Positions 10,434 through 23,545 of a stretch of 64,000 nt of DNA are shown in pieces; position 1 is the stretch's first letter, and each line of letters starts with the position of its first letter. Source of the DNA: Patescibacteria group bacterium (GTDB lineage Bacteria; Patescibacteriota; Minisyncoccia; Phycocordibacterales; SBAW01); contig JACOWS010000001.1 of NCBI GenBank assembly GCA_016176685.1, positions 11,577-75,576 on the forward strand. Direction: 5' to 3'. The translations under genes were made by a program, and so were the position numbers. The notes under the pieces are model-generated. The model searched no databases. It worked only from the letters and a program-made list of their open reading frames with translations, and had not been told where the DNA came from.

Positions 10434-10539
10434 GCCTAAATGCAGGTATAAATTTCCAATCCCTCGACTAAGCCTCGGGATTTCGCCGCGATAAAATCGC
10501 GACTCAACAACAAATTATTGCGATGCTCAAACCTCCAGT

Positions 10540-14175
<3,636 letters not shown>

Positions 14176-14455
14176 GCCCGACCAGAATGATTCTGGCGAG
14201 TTTGTGAAAGAAAAGGAAGTTTGAGAACCGCAATAATTTGTTGTTATTACTTTATTTTTACCTGCCCACCTACACACCCACAAAAGACCCACATTGGAAG
14301 TGGTTGTGTGATGGAATTATATTGTCAAAGTGCTTCGCACCTACGACAGAGTAAGAAACAAAAAACCCGCTCTTCGCGGGACAATTGGCAACAAGGAAGT
14401 CGCCTGCTATCGCCGCAATTTCGCTTGGTTAGTGGTTACCATATCTGTACTAGCC

Positions 14456-14484
14456 AGTGTATAGGAAGTGTCTGCGAGTGTCAA
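14456..14484 (-). promoter_or_regulatory. Candidate sigma70-type promoter for the 23S-5S transcription unit
   Basis: Minus strand reads TTGACA-17 nt-TACACT, ~275 nt upstream of the 23S 5' end. Confidence 0.3.
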
Positions 14485-14489
14485 ATAGC

Positions 14490-14519
14490 AAAAAACCGCC
14501 TATAAAGGGCGGTTTTTTG
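14490..14519. terminator. Bidirectional intrinsic terminator
   Basis: AAAAAACCGCCTATAAAGGGCGGTTTTTTGC: a perfect hairpin flanked by A-run and T-run, directly downstream of the 14539..15231 gene. Confidence 0.7.
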
Positions 14520-14538
14520 CTATAGGTGAGTAAGAGAA

Positions 14539-15231
14539 TTATCCGCGGCGATGGTTCATCTGCTCGCGAGTCTTTTCTATCATACGGCTTGCGGCCTCCT
14601 GGCCTCCCAAGCCAAATGACAAACCAAATGCAAGCGAGAGCGCTACCACCAGCCCGGTGAAGAGCGTTTGCAAGTATACCGCGGCAATGCCCACCTGTGA
14701 GAGTGCGACGATAATCGCAAAACCCCATATAGCCCAGCGTGCCGCCTGTCCGGCCAAGCCGGCCGAGTGGATGCCCGCCGCGCGTGCGGCACCAACCACT
14801 AGCCCTTGCACTACCTCGGCGATAACCGCCGCGACCAACAATATAAGGACCGCGACTATAACCGCCGGGAGGAACGATACTACGATTTGGTTAAGGAAGA
14901 GAGTAACCGCAGTAAGGCCCATCACTTGGAGCGAGGCCATCAGGAACACGATGATGATAAACCATTTTACCAACTCGCCAAGGAAGACGCCCGAGTCGAG
15001 GTTGTACCCCGCGCGCTGCACCACCTCCTCGATCCCGGTAGACTTCAGTGCCTGGTCTACTTTTATCGCCCGGATTGCTTGTGCAATGATGCGCCCCAAA
15101 AGCGCACCGATGAACCAGCCGATGACAAAAATAATAATTGCAAACAGAAAGTTCGGGATGAAATTAACGGTGCTTTGCAGAAGGTTTGTAAACGACTGCT
15201 GGAGCACCTCAACCCATGTCTGTACGATCAT
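14539..15231 (-). CDS. Membrane protein with conserved TM-helix repeats (MscS-related TM_helix family)
   Basis: Multiple helices with recurring GxxxGxxIAQAI-like repeats (FIGALLGRIIAQAI, VVGAARAAGI). Confidence 0.55.
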   Translation of the reverse strand: MIVQTWVEVLQQSFTNLLQSTVNFIPNFLFAIIIFVIGWFIGALLGRIIAQAIRAIKVDQALKSTGIEEVVQRAGYNLDSGVFLGELVKWFIIIVFLMASLQVMGLTAVTLFLNQIVVSFLPAVIVAVLILLVAAVIAEVVQGLVVGAARAAGIHSAGLAGQAARWAIWGFAIIVALSQVGIAAVYLQTLFTGLVVALSLAFGLSFGLGGQEAASRMIEKTREQMNHRRG

Positions 15232-15397
15232 ATTACTAAAAGGCTACAAGGAGCCGTTAAACGTATAATTCGACCCCTTAATTGTAACAACGTACAGGAG
15301 GCATAAACAGGCTCCTGTGGATAGCGAAATAGCTTATAGGGATTAGGTTTTGGGTTGTAGCAACCTACTCGCTCCTTATTTTCTATCACCTACAACC

Positions 15398-16027
15398 TTA
15401 TTTCAGTCCTATGTCGAGCTTGTCGAAGATGATGCGATGGGAATAGTCAAACACGTCGCGCACCAGATGGTCGTTCATGTTAAGACGGTATAGGAATTCC
15501 TCGGTTGATAGGTATGCGTACCGTAGCTCTTTTCCCATCTGCGACTCAAGCACGCGCACATTATTTTTAAGCTTGCGGTCCTGTATGCGCTCACCCACCA
15601 CAAAGAGGTCGAGTATGCTGTTCCACTCGCCTAAAAAAATGCCGGCAATGACTATAAGTTTTATTGCCCCTGCCTGCCGGACGCGGCTGTACACCTCTTC
15701 GCTCTGCGCGGGGGCGTTGAGAAACAAATTTTGGAGCGCGGTAAGGTAGGGAAAGCCGCCATTGAGTGTGTAGTGTTTGCCCCTGCCGCGCGCCGCGCGC
15801 GTGGTAAGTTTGATGCGAGTAAACGCAGTGAGTTCGCGGCGCGCCTCGGCGGAGGAAATTCGCGCGCGGGCCGCGACCTCGTCGAGAGTAAAAGTGTCGG
15901 ACGGGTTTAACAGGAAAAGGCGCAGGAGCTTTACCCGTGCAGCGCTTCCGAATAGTTTTCCGAGTGTGTCAGACATACCGCAAATACAGACAACGGTCAC
16001 TGGCCATTCTATGCGAACTTCTCCCAT
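15398..16027 (-). CDS. Hypothetical protein with N-terminal winged-helix HTH
   Basis: LGKLFGSAARVKLLRLFLLNP...FTLDEVAARARIS resembles an ArsR/wHTH segment; the C-terminal domain is unknown. A GGAGG RBS lies 9 nt upstream of the ATG at 16027. Confidence 0.55.
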   Translation of the reverse strand: MGEVRIEWPVTVVCICGMSDTLGKLFGSAARVKLLRLFLLNPSDTFTLDEVAARARISSAEARRELTAFTRIKLTTRAARGRGKHYTLNGGFPYLTALQNLFLNAPAQSEEVYSRVRQAGAIKLIVIAGIFLGEWNSILDLFVVGERIQDRKLKNNVRVLESQMGKELRYAYLSTEEFLYRLNMNDHLVRDVFDYSHRIIFDKLDIGLK

Positions 16028-16032
16028 AACGC

Positions 16033-16128
16033 AAAACCTCCGGCCCGGGCCGGAGGTTTTGCTAAAAACGTTGTCTCTTATGTAAGCTCTTATCCCTCGG
16101 ATGCCTCGGGATCTCGCTAAAGTAGCAG
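16033..16128 (-). terminator. Hairpin cluster / terminator downstream of rplL
   Basis: Perfect palindrome AAAACCTCCGGCCCGGGCCGGAGGTTTT (16033-16060), plus CTAAAGTAGCAGAGCTACTTTAG at the rplL stop. Confidence 0.5.
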
Positions 16129-16130
16129 AG

Positions 16131-16499
16131 CTACTTTAGCTCGACCTTGCCTCCAGCCGCTTCAATCGCCTTCTTGATAGCCTCGGCCTCCTCCTTCTTC
16201 ATCCCCTCTTTGAGAACCGTCGGGGTGGCATCAACGAGGTCTTTGGCCTCTTTTAGCCCCAAACCAAGCGCGTCTTTGACCGCCTTGATAACCTGCACCT
16301 TAGCTGCGCCGGCGTCGGTTAGATGTACGTTGAACGAGGTCTTCTCCTCGCCCGCCGCCGCACCGCCCGCCGCCGGAGCCGCCGCGACTGCTGCGGCCGA
16401 GACGCCCCAATGCGCCTCAAGCGCCTTGACCATCTCGTGGAGCTCCAGGACCGACATTTTTTCGACTTGGTCTACAATACCTTTAAATTTCTCATCCAT
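16131..16499 (-). CDS. rplL: 50S ribosomal protein L7/L12
   Basis: N-terminal dimerisation segment, Ala/Gly/Glu hinge, C-terminal [24 protein letters not shown]. Confidence 0.95.
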   Translation of the reverse strand: MDEKFKGIVDQVEKMSVLELHEMVKALEAHWGVSAAAVAAAPAAGGAAAGEEKTSFNVHLTDAGAAKVQVIKAVKDALGLGLKEAKDLVDATPTVLKEGMKKEEAEAIKKAIEAAGGKVELK

Positions 16500-16528
16500 A
16501 TAATTAGTTAACTTACTGCAAAACGTTT

Positions 16529-17047
16529 CTATTTATTTTGTTCAGCTCTCGCATTAAGTACCATGGCGAATCGCTGCAAGGGGCTGTTAATGAGCTGTAC
16601 AAACTGCGCTCGCAAACTATCTAATCCCGGGATAGCGGCGATGGAAGTTATCTCCTCTTTGCCGACGAACTTTCCGCCAAAGACGCCGCCTGCAAACGCC
16701 AGGTGCTCGCCAAACTTTTTGACAAACACGGCAAGCTCGCGCGCGGGAGCAAGTTCGTCGCTTTTTGTATTGTCCGCCGATAAATCGGTGGGTGCCCAGG
16801 CAAGCGCTATCTCGCCCTCCAACTTAGGCGCGGTACCCTGGAATTTTGCTTCCTCAAGGCCGCGGCGTATAAGAGACTTCTTTGCCACGGTGTATCCGAT
16901 GTCCTCTGCGCGCAGTGCTTTGCGCATTTCGGTTGCCTCGGCAACCGTGAGCCCCTTAAAGTTTGCAAAAACGAGCGTTTTTGCCTTCTTGGCAATTTCG
17001 CTTACTTTTGCGACTACCTCTTCTTTCTTCTGTCTGGTGATAGCCAT
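16529..17047 (-). CDS. rplJ: 50S ribosomal protein L10
   Basis: [12 protein letters not shown]...[21 protein letters not shown], typical L10. Immediately upstream of rplL. Confidence 0.95.
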   Translation of the reverse strand: MAITRQKKEEVVAKVSEIAKKAKTLVFANFKGLTVAEATEMRKALRAEDIGYTVAKKSLIRRGLEEAKFQGTAPKLEGEIALAWAPTDLSADNTKSDELAPARELAVFVKKFGEHLAFAGGVFGGKFVGKEEITSIAAIPGLDSLRAQFVQLINSPLQRFAMVLNARAEQNK

Positions 17048-17165
17048 TTTTGAAATAAAAATAGCCTGCTAAACAGGCCTCGGAGTCGACCGACTCGGCA
17101 GGAGTTCTTTTGTATTAACTCCCTCGATTACTCTCGGGATTCCTGCTGTCTTCGTGGCACTGTGG
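17048..17165 (-). promoter_or_regulatory. Putative rplJ (L10) autoregulatory leader
   Basis: ~115-nt structured 5' UTR (GCCTGCTAAACAGGC hairpin, CTCCCTCGATTACTCTCGGGA...). Its position matches the L10 leader, which in other bacteria mimics the L10(L12) binding site on 23S. Confidence 0.35.
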
Positions 17166-17299
17166 GACTAATTTATCGCGGATGCGCCACCGAGTCAAGG
17201 TTGCGGTCTGGCGCACTTATGTACGATGCGGTCACCATCACACCAAAAGCAACGCCGATAATTACCACAAAACCGAAGAAGAAATGGAAGAAGGTCTTA

Positions 17300-17983
17300 T
17301 TAAACATCTCTTCTATTATACTCTATTCCCAAGGACTCCCCTTGGAAGCCCTTGAACTCCTTAAGCATCTCCTCGACACTTTCGAGTGCGGAGACATCGG
17401 TGGGCAATGCGTCTTTGGTAAGGATAACTTCTTCCTTCCGCCCGGCGTGGAAGTAGTCCTCGTAGCTCGAATAGCTAAAGCGTTTTATGAAAGCAACTGC
17501 GCCCGCAACATCAGTCAAACCATTTTCTTTCCAGCTAGACTCAAATAAATCAAGAGGGTTAAGGTGTACATACGAAAATAGCCACCTAAAATAGTCGTCG
17601 CTGTCTACGCGCCTTGCCCGAAACGGCTTACAAAACAACCCCCCGCTTCTTTTGTACTTTTGGTTAAAGTACATCGAGTGGGCGGTCAAAAGCCGGCCCA
17701 AAAATCTGCTAGCTCCTCCTTTTTGATCCTCCCGAACAATAAGGTGAAAATGATTTGGCATGAGCGAGTACGCTAAAATACTCAAAATACGCTGTCCCAC
17801 TTCACTTTCCAAGGGCGACCCTTGTATATCCTTATATACTAATGGTTTTTTGCCGTTACAAAGATGTAACAGACTTTGGAAGCGTTTCCAGTCAGTATCT
17901 TCTTGAAAGATTGAGCGCTTTTCGACCCCACGATTGTAGATGTGATAAAAATCGCCGGGGATAAATGCAAATTTCCTTTGCAT
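17300..17983 (-). CDS. IS200/IS605-family Y1 (HUH) transposase / REP-associated tyrosine transposase-like
   Basis: YHIYNRGVEKRSIF...AYSLMPNHFHLIV (HuH motif)...YKRSGGLF matches the Y1_Tnp (IS200-like) fold. Confidence 0.8.
   Translation of the reverse strand: MQRKFAFIPGDFYHIYNRGVEKRSIFQEDTDWKRFQSLLHLCNGKKPLVYKDIQGSPLESEVGQRILSILAYSLMPNHFHLIVREDQKGGASRFLGRLLTAHSMYFNQKYKRSGGLFCKPFRARRVDSDDYFRWLFSYVHLNPLDLFESSWKENGLTDVAGAVAFIKRFSYSSYEDYFHAGRKEEVILTKDALPTDVSALESVEEMLKEFKGFQGESLGIEYNRRDV
17326..17345. repeat. REP-like palindrome CCAAGG-ACTCC-CCTTGG
   Basis: Inverted repeat at the 3' end of the transposase gene. Confidence 0.6.
17808..17826. repeat. REP-like palindrome CAAGGG-CGA-CCCTTG
   Basis: Inverted repeat sharing the CCAAGGG/CCCTTGG core. 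Confidence 0.6.
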
Positions 17984-18013
17984 TTATGCATTATATCAAA
18001 CAAACAAAAGCTT

Positions 18014-18038
18014 TCCAAGGGTCGCCCTTGGAAAGGGG
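18014..18038. repeat. REP-like palindrome TTCCAAGGG-TCG-CCCTTGGAA
   Basis: 9-bp-stem inverted repeat just upstream of the transposase start, with the same core. Confidence 0.6.
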
Positions 18039-18040
18039 TT

Positions 18041-18610
18041 TTACAGGGAGGAGGATTGAGAGGAATAGTAGTTTGCTTTGGCCTCATCGTGGAGAAAGTT
18101 TTGGTACAAGTCGGCAAGATTGCTGTAGGCAACGGGAGAGGCGGGCCACTGTTTGGTGACATAGAGCCAAATGGTTTCGGCGCCACGGTAGTCGCCGCCT
18201 ATTTTGTGGAGAATGGCCACGTTCATCCATGCGTCGAAGTTCAGGTTGTTTTTGTCGAGCAGTGCCACATCTGCCGCAAGTTTTGTCTCAATTACCTCGC
18301 GCACGTCTTTTGCGACCGATTCAGCATATATGACAGGCGCGCGGTAGTCTGGGGGCGGTATGCTTGGGCTTGGAGAAACGGGGATCTCCGTAATGGTGTA
18401 GTCGCCGCCGGTGGTAGACGCTGTGACTCCGTTTTGAGTAGCCGCGGTATCATCCAACGACACCGAGCCGGCAGTCTCTGGGTTTGCCTGCCTATAGTAG
18501 ATATAACCGCCTAACAACAGCGCCAGGACAAGGAGCGTTACAAGTAAGTTGCGCTGTGCGGGAGATAGTTGCATAGGAATTAGCATAGCACAAAAATACA
18601 AAAACCCCAC
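18041..18610 (-). CDS. Hypothetical membrane-anchored protein (Pro/Ser-rich linker, C-terminal globular domain)
   Basis: N-terminal TM (LLVTLLVLALLLGGYIYY), then a low-complexity linker and a ~90-aa C-terminal domain. Start may be the internal M. Confidence 0.5.
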   Translation of the reverse strand: MGFLYFCAMLIPMQLSPAQRNLLVTLLVLALLLGGYIYYRQANPETAGSVSLDDTAATQNGVTASTTGGDYTITEIPVSPSPSIPPPDYRAPVIYAESVAKDVREVIETKLAADVALLDKNNLNFDAWMNVAILHKIGGDYRGAETIWLYVTKQWPASPVAYSNLADLYQNFLHDEAKANYYSSQSSSL

Positions 18611-18720
18611 TCGTAATGAGTGGGGTTTTTGCTTGCCCGTCCGTAGCCTTGTGGCAAAGGAGGGCTTGCAACTGTTGTCGCCAGCTGCACTAACTCAAGA
18701 TGTGAGTTAGATGAGCGAGA

Positions 18721-21700
18721 TTAGAATCCGCTCGAAGGAAGACCCGAGACGTAGTACCCATCGAACCAGTCAAGAGCCTGAATGCCTGGCGTCGTAGACG
18801 CGTTGTCAGACCATACGAAGTTCTTGGTGGTTGAGGTAGCGTACCCGAGGGATGCACTCTGTGTTGCGCCGACAGTCGCAGCTTTGTTGGCGTTTGTCCC
18901 GGCAACCTGGGTTGAGGTTGCGGCATCGCCCATAATCGTTGCGTTGACACTCCAGACAGTTGCCGCAGAAGCCGGCGCCACGTCACCCTCGACCACAAAG
19001 TAGGTCGTACCGGTGAACGAGTAAGGCGTCGTCTGAATGAAGCTTACGGTCGGAGCGGCGATGTCGAGCAAACCGCCTAGCGCTGCGGTACCGCCGAACT
19101 GACCGCCGGTGGTGCCCGAGACGTTTGCCGGGCCAGAACCGTAGTCGCTGGTGTACGCGTAGAGCTTGAGGTTGGTCACGCTTGCAGATGAGGTCGCGAG
19201 CTTAACCGACACTTCGTAGAGACTTATCGGACCAGCACTGTTTGCCGTGACGGTGAATTTCTTCAGCGTCTGGGCAGTGCCGTTACACGACGTGGTGTTG
19301 GTGCATTGGGTTCCAGCGTTGGAGACTACCGGGTAGCTCTTGTACATCTGGATGCCCGCTACGCCCGCCGTCGCGCCCGACTGGATAGTCGTACCCGAAG
19401 ACTGGCCGGTGCCCTCTGCGTTGAGCGGGTCAACCTTGACGACATCGCCCACGCCGCCGTCCTCACTAACGCCAATGTTGGCGAGGTCAGCTTTGACCGT
19501 GAGGAGCTTGTCGGAGTCCTTCGGCAGTGTAATTGAGAGTGCCGAGGAAGTAGCCGATGTGTTGGTACCGGTGAAAGAAACCGTACCCACCAGTGTCGAG
19601 CCGTCGTAGAGGTAGACCTGGGTTAGGTCGGAGACACCGCCGTTAGTAGAGCCTCCACCCGTCAGGGCTTTTGAGAGCGTGTTACCGCTGTTGGTGAGAG
19701 TAAGCCCCAGCTTGGTGAGCGTTATCGGCTCATTGGTAGCGCGGAGCTTTATAACGCCTACCGTAACGCCAGTCGAACCCGCCGTCACCAGTTTGTAGGA
19801 GGGGGACGAAGAGTCAACCGTAACAGTGACAGAACCTGCACCCATAGTCATGGTGCCGCCCGTTGCGTTGCCGAAGGTCTCTGTGATAGAGCCGCCGGAG
19901 GTAACACCGGTTGCCGACCAGTTGGCCGCGCTGGTGCTAATGCTTGCAACAAGCGAGTCTGTAACAGCAGTTACTGCAGATGAGATGTTGCATTTAAGAC
20001 CGAGTGTCTTGATCGTACCCTTCGCTATAGTCATCGAGTTGTCGAAGGTGTAGGTCGTTGCCGAGCCGCTCGCCGCAAGCGTTGATGGCACATTGGAGCC
20101 CGTGTTGAGCGGTGTGGTGCCGTCAAAGACCTGGCACGTGTTGAGCTCGCCGATGACCATCGTGGTCAAGGTAAGGATGATGGGCACCGAAGAGATGCGT
20201 ACATCCTCGCCCGACTGCGAGGCATCAAGCTGGAGGTTTGCCAAGAGGATACCCTGGCCACCTCCCACGACGGTTTGCGAAGATGGAGAGGTCGAGAGCG
20301 AGACAACGAGTGCCGCCGCCTTGATTGTCATCGTGTTCATCGCGAAGACGCCTGTCGAGATGGTGATGGTGTTGCCCGTAACCTGGCCGGTTACGCCACT
20401 CCACGAAGACGGGGTGGTAGAAACAATAACCGTTGAGTTATTGCTTGCGCCGGAAGGAATTTTACCCTTGACGGTGTAGATGTGGCGTCCGGTCGGGAAG
20501 GTAATAGTGTCGGTGAAGGTAACGGTACAGGTGGTGGTGCAGGTTGACGCTTCGTCAACCGGGCCAGCGACTACGACGCCGTTTTCATCAACAATCGAGA
20601 TCGAGGTGAGAACCCCACTCATGTCGGAGGAAGTTGCTATCGTAATCGGAAGGGAAGTGACGGAAACCGCCTCACCCTTGAAGTCCGTTACGAAGCCGCC
20701 CAAGACCTGGTTCGGAACATTCGCCGCAATGTTTTGCGCGGCGACCTCCGTTGCCTTGCCTATGGTCGTTACCGTACCTGCGTTGATGGTTGTTGCATAG
20801 CCGTCAAACCATGGCTGGTAGGTGCCGGAAGGCGCGATACCGTAGCCGTAGGTCTGGCCAACAAAGTAGACGTCTGTCACTTTGTCGATGTCGAAGTCAA
20901 CCGTGCGCGAAGCAGAGTTGCTGCCGACGAGGTCTGCCATGTTGTAGAGGTCAATCGAGTTGCCCTTGGCGATAAAGAGACCGCCTGGGAATACCGTGGT
21001 GTAGTACTTGCCGTCGGAAGAAACGGTCGTCGGATACGACGTGCCGTCTACAACGGAGACTACATTTGCAAGGTCAACCGAGCTTGCGGTGCCCACCTGG
21101 CGCCAGCGAACGCTGTAGAGCCGGAGGTCTTCTGCGGAGCCGGCGGTGAAGCGCAGGCCCGAAACGCGCACGCCTGTGTCGCCAATGTTCTTCGATTGGG
21201 TTGAACCCGGGTCAAAAGAAGACGTGGTGGTCGAGACAGAGCCAAGCGTCAGGGTCGTGTTGATAGTGTGGCTTGCACCAACTATCGGGAGCGAACCTGC
21301 AACCGGCGCGCTGGAGTTTATCGCCACAATCTTGAGCGAAACGACTTGACCGTTGTTGCCTGTTGCGGTCGAAGAGATGTTGCCTGCAACCGTGAGTGAC
21401 TTTGTTTCGCCCGGGTTAAGGGTGAAGCCGTCTAAGCTGGCCTGGTGGTTGCTGTTCAGTGTCTTTGCAGTACCGAGCTGAAGAGCACCGCTGTCAACCA
21501 AGACGACGCCGCTGAAGTTGCTGTCAACGCCGAGCCCTGTGCGCTCGATAGTGACACTGTTGACGGTAACCGCGGCCGCCGTGTTGTTCGTCACCATAAA
21601 GTTGGTGAACGGAAGGCGGTTGGAACCCAAGGGTGCCAGCGCGTTGCTCGGCTGTGCCGTTGCGGAAACCGTAATGCCGGGGCCCGTCGGAGTGACCGGG

Positions 21701-22224
21701 CCGGGGCCTGGGGTAACTACCGTGCCGCACACCGCAGAAATCTGCGCGCGGGTCTTAGAACCAACATAGCCAGCGATAGGCGTAATGTTGTACTTAGTTT
21801 GGAACTTCATGACCGCCGCCTTGGTGGCAGGGCCGAAGAATTGCGTCTCACTGCCGGGAGAGCCTGCGCCGGAGACTGCAACCATGGTGTCAGCGGATCC
21901 GTTAAGGAACTGCTGAAGGGCCAAGACATCAGCGCCAGTCGCGTTCTGCTCTAGGTCGCGAGAAAGCGCGGGGCATGCGCCGCCGGTACCTGTGCCGGTA
22001 CCAGTACCGGAAGTCGGCTGGCCGAGGAGCGATGCTTGCACATTCGCGATAGTGGTTGCATCAGCACCGAAGGACTGAAGCAGAGAAACTATCGAGCTGA
22101 TTTGTGCCGATGTCAGCGCCGCCTGTGCCGGGGCTACTGCAAACGCACCAAAAGCAAGTGCGGCTGCAACAGCAACACCAGCCGCCAGACCGACGATTCG
22201 TGTAGAACTGTGAGTAATAGTCAT
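18721..22224 (-). CDS. Giant secreted/surface protein with peptidoglycan-binding domain (PG_binding_1-like) and Thr/Ser/Gly/Val-rich beta-repeats
   Basis: Start set at MTITHSSTRIVGLAAGVAVAAALAFGAFAVAPAQA (signal peptide). The N-terminal domain LSRDLEQNATGADVLALQQFLN...FFGPATKAAVMKFQTKYNI matches the PG-binding fold. The remaining >1000 aa are nearly devoid of charged residues. Confidence 0.8.
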   Translation of the reverse strand: MTITHSSTRIVGLAAGVAVAAALAFGAFAVAPAQAALTSAQISSIVSLLQSFGADATTIANVQASLLGQPTSGTGTGTGTGGACPALSRDLEQNATGADVLALQQFLNGSADTMVAVSGAGSPGSETQFFGPATKAAVMKFQTKYNITPIAGYVGSKTRAQISAVCGTVVTPGPGPVTPTGPGITVSATAQPSNALAPLGSNRLPFTNFMVTNNTAAAVTVNSVTIERTGLGVDSNFSGVVLVDSGALQLGTAKTLNSNHQASLDGFTLNPGETKSLTVAGNISSTATGNNGQVVSLKIVAINSSAPVAGSLPIVGASHTINTTLTLGSVSTTTSSFDPGSTQSKNIGDTGVRVSGLRFTAGSAEDLRLYSVRWRQVGTASSVDLANVVSVVDGTSYPTTVSSDGKYYTTVFPGGLFIAKGNSIDLYNMADLVGSNSASRTVDFDIDKVTDVYFVGQTYGYGIAPSGTYQPWFDGYATTINAGTVTTIGKATEVAAQNIAANVPNQVLGGFVTDFKGEAVSVTSLPITIATSSDMSGVLTSISIVDENGVVVAGPVDEASTCTTTCTVTFTDTITFPTGRHIYTVKGKIPSGASNNSTVIVSTTPSSWSGVTGQVTGNTITISTGVFAMNTMTIKAAALVVSLSTSPSSQTVVGGGQGILLANLQLDASQSGEDVRISSVPIILTLTTMVIGELNTCQVFDGTTPLNTGSNVPSTLAASGSATTYTFDNSMTIAKGTIKTLGLKCNISSAVTAVTDSLVASISTSAANWSATGVTSGGSITETFGNATGGTMTMGAGSVTVTVDSSSPSYKLVTAGSTGVTVGVIKLRATNEPITLTKLGLTLTNSGNTLSKALTGGGSTNGGVSDLTQVYLYDGSTLVGTVSFTGTNTSATSSALSITLPKDSDKLLTVKADLANIGVSEDGGVGDVVKVDPLNAEGTGQSSGTTIQSGATAGVAGIQMYKSYPVVSNAGTQCTNTTSCNGTAQTLKKFTVTANSAGPISLYEVSVKLATSSASVTNLKLYAYTSDYGSGPANVSGTTGGQFGGTAALGGLLDIAAPTVSFIQTTPYSFTGTTYFVVEGDVAPASAATVWSVNATIMGDAATSTQVAGTNANKAATVGATQSASLGYATSTTKNFVWSDNASTTPGIQALDWFDGYYVSGLPSSGF

Positions 22225-22753
22225 AACCTTGATAATTGTCGAACGAATAAATTTACTAATAACGAATTGATAATCGAACCTATCTACCTGCCCTGCTCTC
22301 CGTTGCACGGCCCTATCAAAGGGCTGGCAAAGTAGATTCGGAGCGTTGGTAGCAAAAGAGGGATGGGGGAAGTCAGCCGTGCGCAACCGTAGAGGGACAA
22401 GGAATTTCTGTAAGTAACGTATCTACTACTGTAGACGTTCTAAGCAATGCCTGCTTACAGCGCCTTCAATAGTTTTTGCTTATTAAATTGTCAACGAACC
22501 ACGAGCTACATGGGCTACCAGAAATTGCCCCGCGGTCTTGTGCAGCCGCTAGCAACAATTATATGGTACATACCGATAACGCGGTAAAAACGCCTGTGGA
22601 TAAGCGGGAAAGCCAAAAAAGGAAATAAACCCTATTTGGGGCCTTTATCCTGCCTGTTCACAGCAGGGTCAAGGTATACCATATTAGACGTGGAGTCAAC
22701 GTATATAGTAAGGTACCTGAAATAGTAAAAAACACATAAAAACAGCTTGTCAA

Positions 22754-23485
22754 CTACGCTGGAGTATAGGTGCTCCAACGCCTCTCTCCCACCTTGCGCA
22801 CAAAACCCTGCGCAATAAGGTGAGTGAGTTCCCGCTGTATGGTCTTTTCGCTACAGTCGCGTACCTCGGACACTATGTCACGTACAGAAACACTCTTTTT
22901 CTCTCTAACGAGCTGTAAAATCTTTTCCATCCTCGAGTTTTGTCCTTTAGATTGTCCGTTTTTGTCTCTTATGTCTTTTACAATAATATGTCCTTTACTG
23001 TCCTTTATCTGGCGGGTAGGTTGAGAAAGGCCGAGATTTTGCATACGAGTGACGAGTTCTTCCGGCTCGGAAGAGTGTATTTCTGGCACTAAAAAGTCGT
23101 CTACAGATAGAAATGGCGACGGTTGGGTACTTGCGGCTATCTTGCGTATTATTTGTTCGTACTCACCGACCAAAACCTTTGCATTGTCGTCATGTATGTG
23201 TCCCTGTGTTGCTTGGATGCGCAGTAGAGAAATAGCACAGAACAGGTCTGCAAGAAGCATTCCGGGAGTTGCCTCCCCGGCGGCACAATACGCGATGGTT
23301 TGCGGAATTTGTGTCGCCGATTGTGCCAACTGGTCAAGGTCATGGGTGGGGGATTGCGATGCTATAAGGCAGATGGCATGGGCGATTTTTTCAGACTTAA
23401 GATAACAAAAATACCAATCGTAGCGTCCTTTAAAAAGACTTGAATGTACTGCTTTTTCATGGAAATCAGGGATTTTTTCAGACAT
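22754..23485 (-). CDS. Hypothetical regulator with C-terminal winged-helix HTH
   Basis: C-terminus ILQLVREKKSVSVRDIVSEVRDCSEKTIQRELTHLIAQGFVRKVG is a DeoR/wHTH-like module. The N-terminal ~160 aa are unassigned. Confidence 0.5.
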   Translation of the reverse strand: MSEKIPDFHEKAVHSSLFKGRYDWYFCYLKSEKIAHAICLIASQSPTHDLDQLAQSATQIPQTIAYCAAGEATPGMLLADLFCAISLLRIQATQGHIHDDNAKVLVGEYEQIIRKIAASTQPSPFLSVDDFLVPEIHSSEPEELVTRMQNLGLSQPTRQIKDSKGHIIVKDIRDKNGQSKGQNSRMEKILQLVREKKSVSVRDIVSEVRDCSEKTIQRELTHLIAQGFVRKVGERRWSTYTPA

Positions 23486-23493
23486 ATTTGTCT

Positions 23494-23545
23494 TTTATTT
23501 GTCTTTAAGTGTCCTTGAAGATTTATGCGACACTTAAGGACAAAA
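23494..23545. promoter_or_regulatory. Inverted-repeat operator candidate between the divergent HTH gene and ftsK
   Basis: TTAAGTGTC (23505-23513) and GACACTTAA (23529-23537) are 9-bp arms separated by ~15 bp, inside the 61-bp divergent intergenic region. Confidence 0.3.

Larger units (their letters stand above)
17320..18040 (-). mobile_element. IS200/IS605-like or RAYT element bounded by palindromic hairpins
   Basis: A single Y1 transposase ORF flanked by related hairpins at 17326-17345 and 18014-18038, with a third at 17808-17826. Confidence 0.55.

Noticed and set aside
19306-21954. Multiple 60-170-aa ORFs on the plus strand inside the giant-protein gene
   Set aside because: They are antisense to a well-supported 3.5-kb CDS in GC-rich sequence, have no RBS and odd composition. 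These are classic shadow ORFs.
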